Of a stretch of DNA of 64,000 nt, positions 39,519 through 50,269 are shown piece after piece. Below the pieces are notes generated by a model that ran no database searches, was not told where the DNA came from, and saw nothing but the letters and a program-made list of their open reading frames with translations. Each line of letters starts with the position of its first letter. Position 1 is the stretch's first letter. Origin of the DNA: Candidatus Heimdallarchaeum aukensis (GTDB lineage: Archaea; Asgardarchaeota; Heimdallarchaeia; Heimdallarchaeales; Heimdallarchaeaceae); NCBI GenBank assembly GCA_021513695.1, contig CP084166.1, forward strand, positions 448,001 through 512,000, in the 5' to 3' direction. The position numbers and the translations under genes were made by a program.

Positions 39519-41378
39519 CAGGAGATTACACTATCCAGAAATTGAAGAACAACTAAAAATTTTATTAAGCTCAAAATTGTCTGATGAGGAAGTAGAAAAG
39601 TTTGTTTCTTCTTTCAAGAAAGAATATCTCAGTAAATACGCAGAGATTACAGAGGATACTATGCCTGGAGAATTATCTAATGTTGTTGCGGGAAGAATAG
39701 CCAATATATTCAATTTATCTGGTAAATCAATGACAACAGATGCTGCATGTGCTTCTTCTCTTGCTGCTCTGGACATTGCGGTAAAAAGTTTGTTGAATAA
39801 CGATTTTGATACTATTCTTGTTGGCGGAGCAGATAGATCTATGGATGTTTCTTCTTATGTTAAATTCAGTAAGATCGGTGCTCTTTCTGCAACTGGTTCT
39901 CGACCTTTTGATTCCAAGGCAGACGGTTTTGTAATGGGAGAAGGATGTGGTTTTCTTGTCTTGAAGAAATTGAAAAAAGCTATTGAAGACAATGACAAAA
40001 TTTATGCCATAATTGATTCTGTTGGTTCTTCCTCTGATGGTAAAGGAAAAGGAATTACTGCTCCTAATCCTTTAGGACAAAAAGAAGCTATTGAAAGAGC
40101 TCTTGAACAAGCTAAAGTTTCTCCTTCTGAGATAGATTTAATTGAAGCACATGGAACTTCCACCATAGTAGGAGATAAAACAGAAGTTCAAGTTTTAAAT
40201 GAGATTTTCACAGAAAAACAAAAAGAAAGAAAAAGGAAAATAGCTCTTGGTTCAATTAAAAGCCAAATTGGTCATTTAAAGAGCGCAGCAGGTATAGCTT
40301 CTGTTATAAAAGTAGCTTTAGCTCTTGACAAGAAAATTCTTCCACCAACGATAAATGTTCAAGAACTTAATCCTGCGATTGATTGGAATAATTCTAATCT
40401 TTTTGTTAATCTTGATGCTCAACCATGGGAAAAGGTTGATAACTCTATCAGAAGAGCAGGAGTTTCTGCTTTTGGTTTTGGAGGAACAAATTATCATACA
40501 ATCTTGGAAGAATATATTCCAGAAGCACAGTACATAGAAAAAGAAAAGCAACCAATAGTTGAACTAAAAGAACAAAAAGAAGAAGTTTGCTTCCTTTATA
40601 CTGGACAAGGAAGTCAATATTTAGGCATGATAAAGGAACTTTATGATAATTATCCAACTGTTAGAAAAACAATAGATGAAGCTTCAGTTATTGCTAAAGA
40701 GAGTTTAAATGCTGATTTGCGTGAAATAATTTTTGGTTCACCTCAACTTTCCAAAGTTGAAAATGAGGAAAGATTAAGACAAACAGAATACACTCAACCT
40801 TCTCTCTTTGTAGTCGAAGTTGCTTTAACTAGATTATTGAAAGAAAAAGGAATTGAGCCTACAAGAGTAGCTGGACATAGTTTAGGAGAATATACTGCTT
40901 TAGTTGCTGCGGGAGTGTTCTCTTTTGAAGATGGATTAAAAGCTGTAATAGAAAGAGGAAAAGCGATGGCAAAAGCTTCTAAAAGTATCCCTGGAGCAAT
41001 GGCAGCTATTCTTACATCTCAAGAAAAAGTTAAGGAAATTATAGAAAAGGTAAATGAAGGTTATATAACAGTAGCCAATTATAACTCATTAAACCAAACA
41101 GTGATTTCGGGAGAAGAAAAAGCTGTAAACAAAGCTATAGAACTTTTCTCTGCAAGAAAAATAAAAGCAATAAAATTAAATGTTTCAACAGCTTTTCATT
41201 CTATTATTGTTAAAGATGCAGAAATAGAAATGGAGAGAGTGCTTAACAGCCTGACTTACAATAAACCTTCAATTCCTGTCTATTCAAATGTAACGGGAAG
41301 TTTGTACCCTGACAAACCCTCTAAAATTAAAGAACTTCTAATTAATCAGCTCTGTAATTCTGTTCAATGGGTTAAGAT
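37393..41378. repeat. perfect direct tandem duplication, 2 x 1993 bp (copy A 37393-39385, copy B 39386-41378) covering most of KS1 and all of AT
   Basis: Identical sequence at an offset of 1993 nt throughout. Duplicate antisense ORFs appear at 37538/39531, 38325/40318, 38362/40355, 38455/40448. 1993 mod 3 = 1. Deleting one copy restores one continuous ~3,515-aa reading frame (34998..47538 minus 1993). Confidence 0.95.
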
Positions 41379-44300
41379 AATTGAAGAGATGTATAACGAT
41401 GGAGGAAGAATTTTTGTAGAAGTAGGACCTAAAAAAGCATTGTACAACTTTGTTAAAGATATTTTAGGTGAAAAAGAAGACATTCAAACTTTTCTTACAT
41501 TAAACCCGAAAGTAGGAGAGTTAAAATCTTTTAATGATACTGTCTCTAAATTAAAAATGAGCAAAAGAAGAGAAACCGAAACCCCAGTTCAAACTAAAGA
41601 AAAAATAGTTTACAAAGAATCAGCACTAGATGTTTTACTTAAAAATAAAGAGATTAACAACTTGGTCTCTAAACCCTATTTCCGTGAGTATTTGAAAGAG
41701 AACAGCAATCTTCTTTCATCTATAATGAAACAAGGTTACGAGCAGTTCTCAAAGTACAGAGAATCATTGGTTATTGCTGAAAAAGCTAAATATTGGGATA
41801 TAAACTTTGATCTTATTGGTGTTACTGGTGTTGGAATTGGTCTCCCAGGAAAGAATAGAGCTGTTTTCTCTGATGATAATTTTGATCTTATTCTCAATGG
41901 AACAAATCTTATCGAATCTGTTGAAGATACAATAAAACAAGAAACTTTAGACAAAAACATCGTTAGGTTAGTTAAATCTCCTGATGGTAATGCAACTTTT
42001 GAAGCAATTGACGATATAAGTAAAGTTATTCAACTTGCAGCACAGATAGGAGAATTAAACTTCAAAGAATTAGGTATAGAAGATAAATTGGCTAAAGCTT
42101 TAGACTCCACTTTTATTATGGCTATAGGTGCAGGACTAGAAGCGTTGAAAGATGCTGGTATTCCTCTTGTTGAAAGCAAAATAGTTACTTCAACTGGAAA
42201 AACTTTGAAAGGGAGCTGGACTTTACCAGAATCCTTACAACATGATACTGGAATAGTTTTTGCTTCTGCTTTTCCCGGATATGATAATTTAGTAGATGAA
42301 GTAACAAGACATCTTGTAGCTAAATTTGAAAACAAAACTAATAAAGAGATTGAGGAGATATTTGAGCAATTAATTAATGTTGTATCAAACCCTGAAGCAA
42401 AAGAAGAGATCTCTAACTGGTTCTTGGAGAAACAATCTCTACTGGAAGAAAAAGAAGAAAAGTATACTTTTAGTAGAGAGTTCCTTTACAAAGTTTTGTC
42501 TATGGGGCACTCTCAATTTGCCCAATTTATTAAAGCTAAAGGTCCGAATACTCAAGTCAATGCTGCTTGTGCTTCTACAACCCAAGCAATTGGTGTAGCA
42601 GAAGATTGGATAAGAACTGGAAGATGTAAGAGAGTAATAGTAATAGCTGGAGACAATGCTGCAAGCAAGAATCTGTTACCTTGGATAGGTGGGGGATTCT
42701 TAGCAGCTGGGGGAGTAACCACAAAAGCCGATGTTAAAGAAGCTGCTTTACCTTTTGGAAAAGAAAGACATGGATTAATTATAGGTTCAGCTTCTGCAGG
42801 TCTTGTAATTGAAAGCAGAGAATCCTATGAAGAAAGAGGAGTTAAACCAATAGTAGACCTTGTGGGTACTTATATGGCAAATAGTGCTTATCATGGTTCT
42901 AGATTAGATGTCAACCATATTTCTGAAGAACTTGAAAGCTTTATTGAAAAAGTAGAAAGAAGATATAATATCGACAGGAAAAATATCGCTAAAGAAGGTA
43001 TTTTTGTCTCTCATGAAACTTATACACCTGCAAGAGGAGGAAGTGCAGAAGCAGAAATTCAATCACTTCTTAATGTTTTCAAAGAAGATGCTTATTCTAT
43101 GACCATAATAAACACAAAAGGATTTACAGGTCATTCAATGGGTGCAGGAATAGAAGAAGCTGTAGCTATTAAAGCAATAGAAAAAGGTAAGATTCCTCCA
43201 ATTGCTAACATAGAGAAACTTGACCCTGCCTTTTCTAAATTTAAGTTCTCAAAAGGAGAAAAGAGAAGATTTTCCTTCGCTTTGAGATTAGCAGCTGGAT
43301 TTGGGTCACAATTAGCTTTTGCTCTCTTCAGGTTAAATACTTACGACAACAGATTCTCTGCCCAATACAATGAATGGCTCAAGAGTCTTGGTGGTGGCAA
43401 AGAAGAGTTATTTGTTGAAGGCAGAGTACTTAAACTCAAAACAGATAATAAGAAAAAACAAGCTGATTTAGTTAAGAAACCAGCAGTACAAAAAACTGTT
43501 GAAAAGAAAATTAAAACTGTTACAAAAGCACCTACAGATATTCTTCAAGTTGTAAAAGATATTATTTCTGAAAAAACAGGTTATGAAACAGAAGTCATTG
43601 AAGAAAATATGCATTTAGAAGAAGATCTTGGGATTGACAGTATTAAAGCAGCAGAAATAATGAACGATATTAGCGATAAATGGTCAATACCTCAAGAAAA
43701 ACTCTTCGAACAATTTGATATCGATACACCAGGAAAAATTGCAAAGTTCATTTCTGAAAACACAAGCGCTCCTGAAGAGACAAGTTATTCAGTTGAAACA
43801 ACTGTAGCAAAAGAGGAAGTAAAAAGAGCAGAAACTTCTAGTGTTTCAACAGGAGATATTTTAGTGCGAATTAAAGAAGTAATTGGAAAACACACAGGTT
43901 ATGACATTCAAGATCTAGATGAAAACTATGACCTAGAAGAAGATCTGGGAATAGATACAGTAAAACAAGCAGAAATTTTTGGAGATTTAAGAGATTTATT
44001 CGGATTGGATTTAGATGAGACTTATGCTTTAGCAGATTATCGAACAATAGCTGACATTGCCCAAGCAATATCTACAGAGAAACCAGTGGAAAAGGTTAAA
44101 CAAGTGGAAACTGAAGAAAGCGGAGAGATTAGAACAGCACAACAACCAACAATCATATCTGAAGCTGAAAGTTCAATTTCCAGAGAAGAAGTTACAAAAG
44201 AAGTGCTTTCAATTATCTCAGAAATTACAGGATACGATACAGAAGATATAGAAATAGAGATGGATCTAGAGGAAGATTTGGGTGTTGATAGTATCAAGAT

Positions 44301-47300
44301 TGCTGAAATTCTAAGCTCTTTGGGAAGTAAGTTCGACCTTGAATTTGATGAGATGTCTGATCTTTCAGGAATTAGAAATACAGAAGATATAGTGGAAGCA
44401 GTGATAAAAATTAAGCAATCCATTGAACAAACTCAAACCCCAACCAAAACAGAAGAACAATTAGCTGTAAGTCAAAAACTTAAAGTTGAACAAGAAGAAG
44501 AAATAGTTATTCGTAGTGTAGAACCTGTTCTAAAGCCTTTAGAACAAAGTGAAGTAAATAAATTTAATCTAGAAGATAAAAATCTCTTACTTCTAGATAT
44601 TCATTCAAAAGAAGCCAAATATATCTATTCTTTACTTGAACAGAAGAAGGCTAAAATTGAGCTTGTTAGGATTAATTCTGAAGACTCAGAAAAACCAAAT
44701 AATAATAAATATGACTTAATCTTAATCTTATTACCAGATGATCACAATTCTGCAAATGATACTAAATACTTTGAGCAACTATTTCTTACCCTACAACAGC
44801 TAGAGTACAATCATAATACTAAGATTGTTTCTTACTCTGTTGAAGACTATTTAGACTCTAAAAAGGAGATAATTCCTTTAAGTGGAGGTATATCCGCTTT
44901 TGTTAAGACTATTGGTCAAGAATTTGAACTAGACATTAAACATGTTTATTCCACAAAACCTGAAGAACTAGTTACAGAGTTGGAAAATTGGGATAAAAAC
45001 CTTGAAGTTATTTATTCAGAGGGTAAAAGATACATTTTCAGTCACATGAGAAAAATACCTCTAGAACAATTACAAAAAGAAAAAATCGAACTTACAGAAG
45101 ATGATCTTATACTTGTTACTGGAGGAGCAAGAGGTATCACTTATGAATGTATTAAAGAACTTACAAAAGATGCTAAACCTTCAATTGCTATCGTTGGTAG
45201 AACTAAACTTCCAGAAGATGTATCTGAATTGCTCTTCTTAACCGACAAAGAAATAGCAAACAAAAAAGAAGAGATAAAAGAAAAACTTGCTCAAGAAAAT
45301 GAAAAAGTTACTCCAGTGATGATAGAAAAAGCTTGGAAACGCTTCCTAAACACTGTTGAAATTGCAAAGAATATTCTCTATTTAATTGAAAATGAAGTGA
45401 ATGCTAACTATTATTCTGCAGATGTTTCAGATGAAGAACAAATGAAAAGTGTTTTGAGTCAAATTGAAGAAGATTTCGAAAAAACTATAACTCTTATTGT
45501 ACATGGTGCGGGAATAGAAGAATCTAAAGCTTTCAAGAAAAAGAAACTAGAAATGGCAAAGAAAATAGTACAAGTAAAGATTTCAGGGTTATACAATATT
45601 CTAAATAATATAGATCAATCTAATTTGAAGAAGATCATCTGCTTTAGCTCAATTGCAGGAAGATTTGGTAATAGAGGACAAGTGGATTATGCTTTTGCAA
45701 ATGGTTATCTAGCTAGAACATGCTGGAAGTTTAAACAACAAGGAATTAACGCTCTAGCTATAGATTGGTCAGCTTGGGCAGATATAGGCATGGCAACACA
45801 AGGTTCTATTCTTAAAGTGCTGAAAGCTGCAGGAATAACTCCCATTCCATTAAAAGAAGGAATAAGAATATTTTCTGAACTAACCAATTACAATGTAGAA
45901 CAAAGTGAATTAATAGTTGCAGGAAAACTTGGACTTCTTCTAAAAGAAATAGAAGATAAAAAAACAAGTGGTCAACACGATACTAGTATGAACACAGAGA
46001 GTTATCCAATGATTGATGAAATTAGAAAAACAGACAACGGTTTTATTGCTTCAAAGACACTAAAATATGATTATGACTTATACATGAGAGATCATCAAAT
46101 CCAAGGATTGCCAATATTTCCTGCAGTAATGGGATTAGAATTCTTCGCTGAGATGTTCAAACTTACAACAGAAAAAGATGTTTACGCAATAGCAGAAGTA
46201 TCGTTTAGAGAAGCAATTAAACAGTTTAAGAACAAAAATGTTGAACTTCAATGTTCATTTGATACAGAAAGAGGGGATATGGAAATTAAAACAATCTTTA
46301 CAGACATTAAAGGAGTTCAAAAAGAAAAGAAACACTTCTTCTGTAAGTCTGTAAAAGATACGACAGAAAAAAGCTATAAGAAAAAGAAGATAGAAAAAAG
46401 AGTGATACCACTACTTTCCAAAGAAGTGATCTATCAGCTTTTCTTCCATGGTCCAAGTTTTCAAGTTTTGGAGAATTTGAATGAGATAAAAGGAAATATC
46501 ATCTCCACTAATGTCCAGATTCCAAATCTGCCTTTATTCAAAGATGAAGAATTGAAAACTATTCTCGTTCCTCGAGCAATAGAAGCGGCTTTACAGACAG
46601 CAGGGTTGTATGACATGTTCATTAACAATGTTGTTTCATTGCCATCAAAAATAAAAAACTTGGAAGTATACAAGGAAACAGAAGCTGTTTTTGCTGAAGC
46701 TGAATTCCTAAAGATAGAGGAAAGACATAGTTTCTTCAATGTAAAGATTTACGATGCTGAAGGAGAAGTAATAATGGTTTTAGAACAACTAGGAATGATA
46801 CATACTTCTATGCCCATAAATTTGGACGAAAAAGGAAAGAAACTCTTCCAGATGATTAAAGGATATCATGAAATAAGAACAAAAGTAGATGACGAAAAAG
46901 TAGCTGTTTTACCTATTCACAAAGTAGTAGAAGAATACAGAAAAAATAGACAAGAACTAGAAAATAAACTAGTTGCTTACGAAAAAACAAGATTTACTAA
47001 AATATCCAACGAAAAAAGAAAAATGGAATATTTAGCGGGAGTAATCCTTGCTAAAGAACTTTTTTCCAAATATGAAAACATTACCGATTTCAGAAGTATA
47101 GAAATAAAAAAGAAGAGTAAGGGGCAACCTTACTTTTTCAACAGACAACTAAAAGAAGAAACGGATTGGTATGTTTCTATTAGTCATTCAAATGATTTCG
47201 CTGTAGTCTCTATTGAGAAACAACCAGTAGGAATAGACATAGAAAAAGTAGAAGAAAGAAGTAAAAGTTTCTATGGCGAAGTTTTTTCAGATTATGAATT

Positions 47301-47538
47301 ATCAAAAATTGCTGATGACCATACTTTAGGAACAAAATATTGGACTGCTAAAGAGTCATTAACTAAAGCATTAGGAGAAGGATTACATATTAAACTAAAA
47401 GAAATTGAGTTTGGTTACAACGATGGCAAATTTGATCTAAAAAAATATCCTTCTTCTCTAAAACAAGATCAATTGCAGACTTCTATTGAATCTATTGAAG
47501 CAGCAGGTTATGTTGTTTCTAAATGTGTAATAAAATAA
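39577..47538 (+). CDS. type I FAS/PUFA-synthase-like megasynthase, C-terminal part: (duplicate KS1 fragment, AT), KS2, ACP x3, ketoreductase, dehydratase, 4'-phosphopantetheinyl transferase
   Basis: Restarts at an internal Met inside the duplicated KS. KS2: IGVTGVGIGLPG, NAACASTTQA, GHSMGAG. ACPs: LEEDLGIDSIK, LEEDLGIDTVK, LEEDLGVDSIK. KR: LVTGGARGITYE Rossmann. DH: DHQIQGLPIFPAV (HxxxGxxxxP). PPTase: VGIDIEKV and YWTAKESLTKALGEG (W-x-x-KE-A-x-x-K-x-x-G). Confidence 0.8.
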   Translation: MSDEEVEKFVSSFKKEYLSKYAEITEDTMPGELSNVVAGRIANIFNLSGKSMTTDAACASSLAALDIAVKSLLNNDFDTILVGGADRSMDVSSYVKFSKIGALSATGSRPFDSKADGFVMGEGCGFLVLKKLKKAIEDNDKIYAIIDSVGSSSDGKGKGITAPNPLGQKEAIERALEQAKVSPSEIDLIEAHGTSTIVGDKTEVQVLNEIFTEKQKERKRKIALGSIKSQIGHLKSAAGIASVIKVALALDKKILPPTINVQELNPAIDWNNSNLFVNLDAQPWEKVDNSIRRAGVSAFGFGGTNYHTILEEYIPEAQYIEKEKQPIVELKEQKEEVCFLYTGQGSQYLGMIKELYDNYPTVRKTIDEASVIAKESLNADLREIIFGSPQLSKVENEERLRQTEYTQPSLFVVEVALTRLLKEKGIEPTRVAGHSLGEYTALVAAGVFSFEDGLKAVIERGKAMAKASKSIPGAMAAILTSQEKVKEIIEKVNEGYITVANYNSLNQTVISGEEKAVNKAIELFSARKIKAIKLNVSTAFHSIIVKDAEIEMERVLNSLTYNKPSIPVYSNVTGSLYPDKPSKIKELLINQLCNSVQWVKIIEEMYNDGGRIFVEVGPKKALYNFVKDILGEKEDIQTFLTLNPKVGELKSFNDTVSKLKMSKRRETETPVQTKEKIVYKESALDVLLKNKEINNLVSKPYFREYLKENSNLLSSIMKQGYEQFSKYRESLVIAEKAKYWDINFDLIGVTGVGIGLPGKNRAVFSDDNFDLILNGTNLIESVEDTIKQETLDKNIVRLVKSPDGNATFEAIDDISKVIQLAAQIGELNFKELGIEDKLAKALDSTFIMAIGAGLEALKDAGIPLVESKIVTSTGKTLKGSWTLPESLQHDTGIVFASAFPGYDNLVDEVTRHLVAKFENKTNKEIEEIFEQLINVVSNPEAKEEISNWFLEKQSLLEEKEEKYTFSREFLYKVLSMGHSQFAQFIKAKGPNTQVNAACASTTQAIGVAEDWIRTGRCKRVIVIAGDNAASKNLLPWIGGGFLAAGGVTTKADVKEAALPFGKERHGLIIGSASAGLVIESRESYEERGVKPIVDLVGTYMANSAYHGSRLDVNHISEELESFIEKVERRYNIDRKNIAKEGIFVSHETYTPARGGSAEAEIQSLLNVFKEDAYSMTIINTKGFTGHSMGAGIEEAVAIKAIEKGKIPPIANIEKLDPAFSKFKFSKGEKRRFSFALRLAAGFGSQLAFALFRLNTYDNRFSAQYNEWLKSLGGGKEELFVEGRVLKLKTDNKKKQADLVKKPAVQKTVEKKIKTVTKAPTDILQVVKDIISEKTGYETEVIEENMHLEEDLGIDSIKAAEIMNDISDKWSIPQEKLFEQFDIDTPGKIAKFISENTSAPEETSYSVETTVAKEEVKRAETSSVSTGDILVRIKEVIGKHTGYDIQDLDENYDLEEDLGIDTVKQAEIFGDLRDLFGLDLDETYALADYRTIADIAQAISTEKPVEKVKQVETEESGEIRTAQQPTIISEAESSISREEVTKEVLSIISEITGYDTEDIEIEMDLEEDLGVDSIKIAEILSSLGSKFDLEFDEMSDLSGIRNTEDIVEAVIKIKQSIEQTQTPTKTEEQLAVSQKLKVEQEEEIVIRSVEPVLKPLEQSEVNKFNLEDKNLLLLDIHSKEAKYIYSLLEQKKAKIELVRINSEDSEKPNNNKYDLILILLPDDHNSANDTKYFEQLFLTLQQLEYNHNTKIVSYSVEDYLDSKKEIIPLSGGISAFVKTIGQEFELDIKHVYSTKPEELVTELENWDKNLEVIYSEGKRYIFSHMRKIPLEQLQKEKIELTEDDLILVTGGARGITYECIKELTKDAKPSIAIVGRTKLPEDVSELLFLTDKEIANKKEEIKEKLAQENEKVTPVMIEKAWKRFLNTVEIAKNILYLIENEVNANYYSADVSDEEQMKSVLSQIEEDFEKTITLIVHGAGIEESKAFKKKKLEMAKKIVQVKISGLYNILNNIDQSNLKKIICFSSIAGRFGNRGQVDYAFANGYLARTCWKFKQQGINALAIDWSAWADIGMATQGSILKVLKAAGITPIPLKEGIRIFSELTNYNVEQSELIVAGKLGLLLKEIEDKKTSGQHDTSMNTESYPMIDEIRKTDNGFIASKTLKYDYDLYMRDHQIQGLPIFPAVMGLEFFAEMFKLTTEKDVYAIAEVSFREAIKQFKNKNVELQCSFDTERGDMEIKTIFTDIKGVQKEKKHFFCKSVKDTTEKSYKKKKIEKRVIPLLSKEVIYQLFFHGPSFQVLENLNEIKGNIISTNVQIPNLPLFKDEELKTILVPRAIEAALQTAGLYDMFINNVVSLPSKIKNLEVYKETEAVFAEAEFLKIEERHSFFNVKIYDAEGEVIMVLEQLGMIHTSMPINLDEKGKKLFQMIKGYHEIRTKVDDEKVAVLPIHKVVEEYRKNRQELENKLVAYEKTRFTKISNEKRKMEYLAGVILAKELFSKYENITDFRSIEIKKKSKGQPYFFNRQLKEETDWYVSISHSNDFAVVSIEKQPVGIDIEKVEERSKSFYGEVFSDYELSKIADDHTLGTKYWTAKESLTKALGEGLHIKLKEIEFGYNDGKFDLKKYPSSLKQDQLQTSIESIEAAGYVVSKCVIK

Positions 47539-47572
47539 TATGGAGATTAAAAAAAAAAAAAGGTGATAATAT

Positions 47573-48334
47573 ATGTTACAACTGAATTATGATATAAAAT
47601 TTAGAAAGGATTTCATTCATGGAATTCTTTATTTGCCGGATGAAGAGGGGCAGTTCCCTTTAGTTATAAGATTGAACGGTTTTCCGGGCAATTCTCCAGA
47701 AAAAGAAGAACAAAGATTAGCAGATATTATCACCCAGAATAATATGGCTTTTTATGCCTTTGACTATGTAGGAGTAAGAAAAAGTACAGGGACATTTAAT
47801 TATTATACGAGTTTGGAAAACATAAATACTGTTATAACAGATTTATCACATCATCCTCGAATTAATCCTGCAAAGATTGCTCTTCTTGGAGAAAGCTTCG
47901 GAGGAGCAATGGCAATAAGCCAAGGAGTAAGAGACCAAAGAATAAAATGTATTGTTTTAAGGTCTCCTGTATATGATACTGAAGTTATTCCTCAAATACC
48001 GTCTTTTAATACTTTAGTTAAAATATGGTCCAGAAACAATCAAATACGTTTCCCTAAAGGAGACATAAGTGAATTATACTACAAACAAACTAATCTTTAC
48101 AATCCTAAAAAAATAGCAAATTTAGTTAATTGCCCCGTAAAATTGATTGCAGGAGATAAAGATGAGTTGTTGGAAGTTAAGGGTTTTAGAGAACTTTACA
48201 AATGTTTACCACGGAAACTAAGAAAAGGAATTGATATCATTAAAGGAGCAGATCATAACTTTACTAAACAAAAACAGTTTATAGAATTAAAGAGTGAACT
48301 TTCCAGCTTTTTGACTTGTTGCCTTTTAGGGTAA
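47573..48334 (+). CDS. alpha/beta-hydrolase (putative thioesterase/acyl-hydrolase)
   Basis: GESFG nucleophile elbow (GxSxG), later acidic residue in IAGDKDEL and His in GADHNF. GGTGA SD-like element 8 nt upstream. Confidence 0.65.
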   Translation: MLQLNYDIKFRKDFIHGILYLPDEEGQFPLVIRLNGFPGNSPEKEEQRLADIITQNNMAFYAFDYVGVRKSTGTFNYYTSLENINTVITDLSHHPRINPAKIALLGESFGGAMAISQGVRDQRIKCIVLRSPVYDTEVIPQIPSFNTLVKIWSRNNQIRFPKGDISELYYKQTNLYNPKKIANLVNCPVKLIAGDKDELLEVKGFRELYKCLPRKLRKGIDIIKGADHNFTKQKQFIELKSELSSFLTCCLLG

Positions 48335-48346
48335 ATAACTTATGGA

Positions 48347-48838
48347 GTGCAAAAGATGAAGAAAAAAATAATCTACAACAATGAAGAATACATAATAGAA
48401 GCTAAAGGAGAAGACGAGATAGTAGTGAATAATAAGACTTTCAAAGTTAACTTAAAAGAGAAAAACAAGAATTTTTTCAATATAGAAATTCAAGGAAAGA
48501 AGTTTATTATAGAAGTAAGAGAAGGAGAATTCTATTTAGACGGAGAGAAAATAGAAAAATTATCAATTAGCCCCTATTTTCCACAATTAAAGAAACAAAA
48601 ACAAATGATTAACTCTCAAAAAGAAGTAGTAAAAGCACCTATACCAGGAACTATAACTCAAATACTAGTTAAAGAAGGAGATACAGTAAAAAAAGACCAA
48701 GAATTATTTATCCTTGAAGCGATGAAAATGAGAAATAGAATCTTAACAACCATTGACAAAGGTGTAGTAAAAAAAATCTACGTTAGCGAGAATGAAACTG
48801 TATCTCAAGATCAAAAACTAGCTATAATTGAAAATTAA
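48347..48838 (+). CDS. biotinyl-domain protein (biotin carboxyl carrier protein-like)
   Basis: C-terminal biotinyl domain with ILEAMKMRNRI (E-A-M-K-M biotinylation motif). N-terminal ~80 aa atypical (no Ala/Pro linker). Confidence 0.7.
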   Translation: MQKMKKKIIYNNEEYIIEAKGEDEIVVNNKTFKVNLKEKNKNFFNIEIQGKKFIIEVREGEFYLDGEKIEKLSISPYFPQLKKQKQMINSQKEVVKAPIPGTITQILVKEGDTVKKDQELFILEAMKMRNRILTTIDKGVVKKIYVSENETVSQDQKLAIIEN

Positions 48839-49073
48839 ATAAAAAAATAACAAAACAAATTTATTGCAAAAATAATTTAAAATTCGCACAAATATTTGGA
48901 TACTTCTTCTTTTTTAAATTCAAATTTTATCAAAAACTTGAAAAGAATGCTAAATAGTCTATTTTTTAAATAAATAGGAAACAAAAAAAGTTTAGACTAA
49001 GTGGTTAGTTTTTGAAGTATAAATGAGGAGAAATAGGAACTGTATAATTTAAAGAAGAATAAAAAAAATAGGA

Positions 49074-49661
49074 CTAATCAACCATAAGTTTGGGAAATTT
49101 TGAAAGTTCCATTAATTTCATGAATTTTTTTCCTTTCTTAAAAATAGTATCTATACATTCAATTATTATATCCAAAAGCTCTTCTACTTTTTCTTTTTTT
49201 ACAGGTTTTAGTCCATGAGCAAGTATTGATTCATTTCTCTCTTTTAAAAGGTCTTTCATTTTGTTGGATGAAGAAAACATTTTCCCAAGATCATCATTCA
49301 AATCGTCTAAAACTAGATAACAATCATATAATCCCAACTTTACTTTTGAACCATTACTTTTTCTTTCTTTGAAATAACTTATACGTTGAGAAGAAACTCC
49401 TAACTTTTCTAATTGCTCTAAGGATATGTCATGGGGAGGTAAATTGTAGGCACTCTTTAATCTATACTGTGCCATAAGTTCTACAGCTCTGTAGAGCCTA
49501 GCCATTGCATCATCAAACTTTTCTTCTTTTAATCGACGTTTTGCGTTATTTAATAAATCTGCAAGAAAATAAAGGTCTTTCTCTATTTTTTTATCACTTT
49601 TATGTAACAAGTCGCACAAAAATTCTTTATTAAAACTATATTCTTTGCCAAGCTGTTTCAT
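49074..49661 (-). pseudogene. 5'-truncated copy of csx1/csm6-like gene (HEPN half only), produced by the tandem duplication
   Basis: 195 aa identical to the C-terminal half of the 409-aa CARF-HEPN protein (51770..52999). The N-terminal CARF domain is replaced by the duplication junction at 49690/49691. Confidence 0.6.
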
Positions 49662-49679
49662 TTTATCAAAAGCTTCTTT

Positions 49680-50234
49680 ATGGTTAAATCTACTAAAATA
49701 TCCAACGAAAAAAGAAAAATGGAATATTTAGCGGGAGTAATCCTTGCTAAAGAACTTTTTTCCAAATATGAAAACATTACCGATTTCAGAAGTATAGAAA
49801 TAAAAAAGAAGAGTAAGGGGCAACCTTACTTTTTCAACAGACAACTAAAAGAAGAAACGGATTGGTATGTTTCTATTAGTCATTCAAATGATTTCGCTGT
49901 AGTCTCTATTGAGAAACAACCAGTAGGAATAGACATAGAAAAAGTAGAAGAAAGAAGTAAAAGTTTCTATGGCGAAGTTTTTTCAGATTATGAATTATCA
50001 AAAATTGCTGATGACCATACTTTAGGAACAAAATATTGGACTGCTAAAGAGTCATTAACTAAAGCATTAGGAGAAGGATTACATATTAAACTAAAAGAAA
50101 TTGAGTTTGGTTACAACGATGGCAAATTTGATCTAAAAAAATATCCTTCTTCTCTAAAACAAGATCAATTGCAGACTTCTATTGAATCTATTGAAGCAGC
50201 AGGTTATGTTGTTTCTAAATGTGTAATAAAATAA
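49680..50234 (+). pseudogene. chimeric ORF: junction-derived ATG fused to a duplicated PPTase-domain fragment of the megasynthase
   Basis: From residue 5 onward identical to the last ~180 aa of 39577..47538 (GIDIE and WxxKEAxxK PPTase motifs). The ATG at 49680-49682 comes from copy-A sequence antisense to csx1. Could encode a standalone PPTase if expressed. Confidence 0.5.
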
Positions 50235-50269
50235 TATGGAGATTAAAAATAAAAAAAAGGTGATAATAT

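Noticed and set aside
37538-40657. Pairs of identical small ORFs (37538/39531, 38325/40318, 38362/40355, 38455/40448) inside the megasynthase
   Set aside because: Antisense or off-frame ORFs duplicated by the 1993-bp tandem repeat. Not independent genes.
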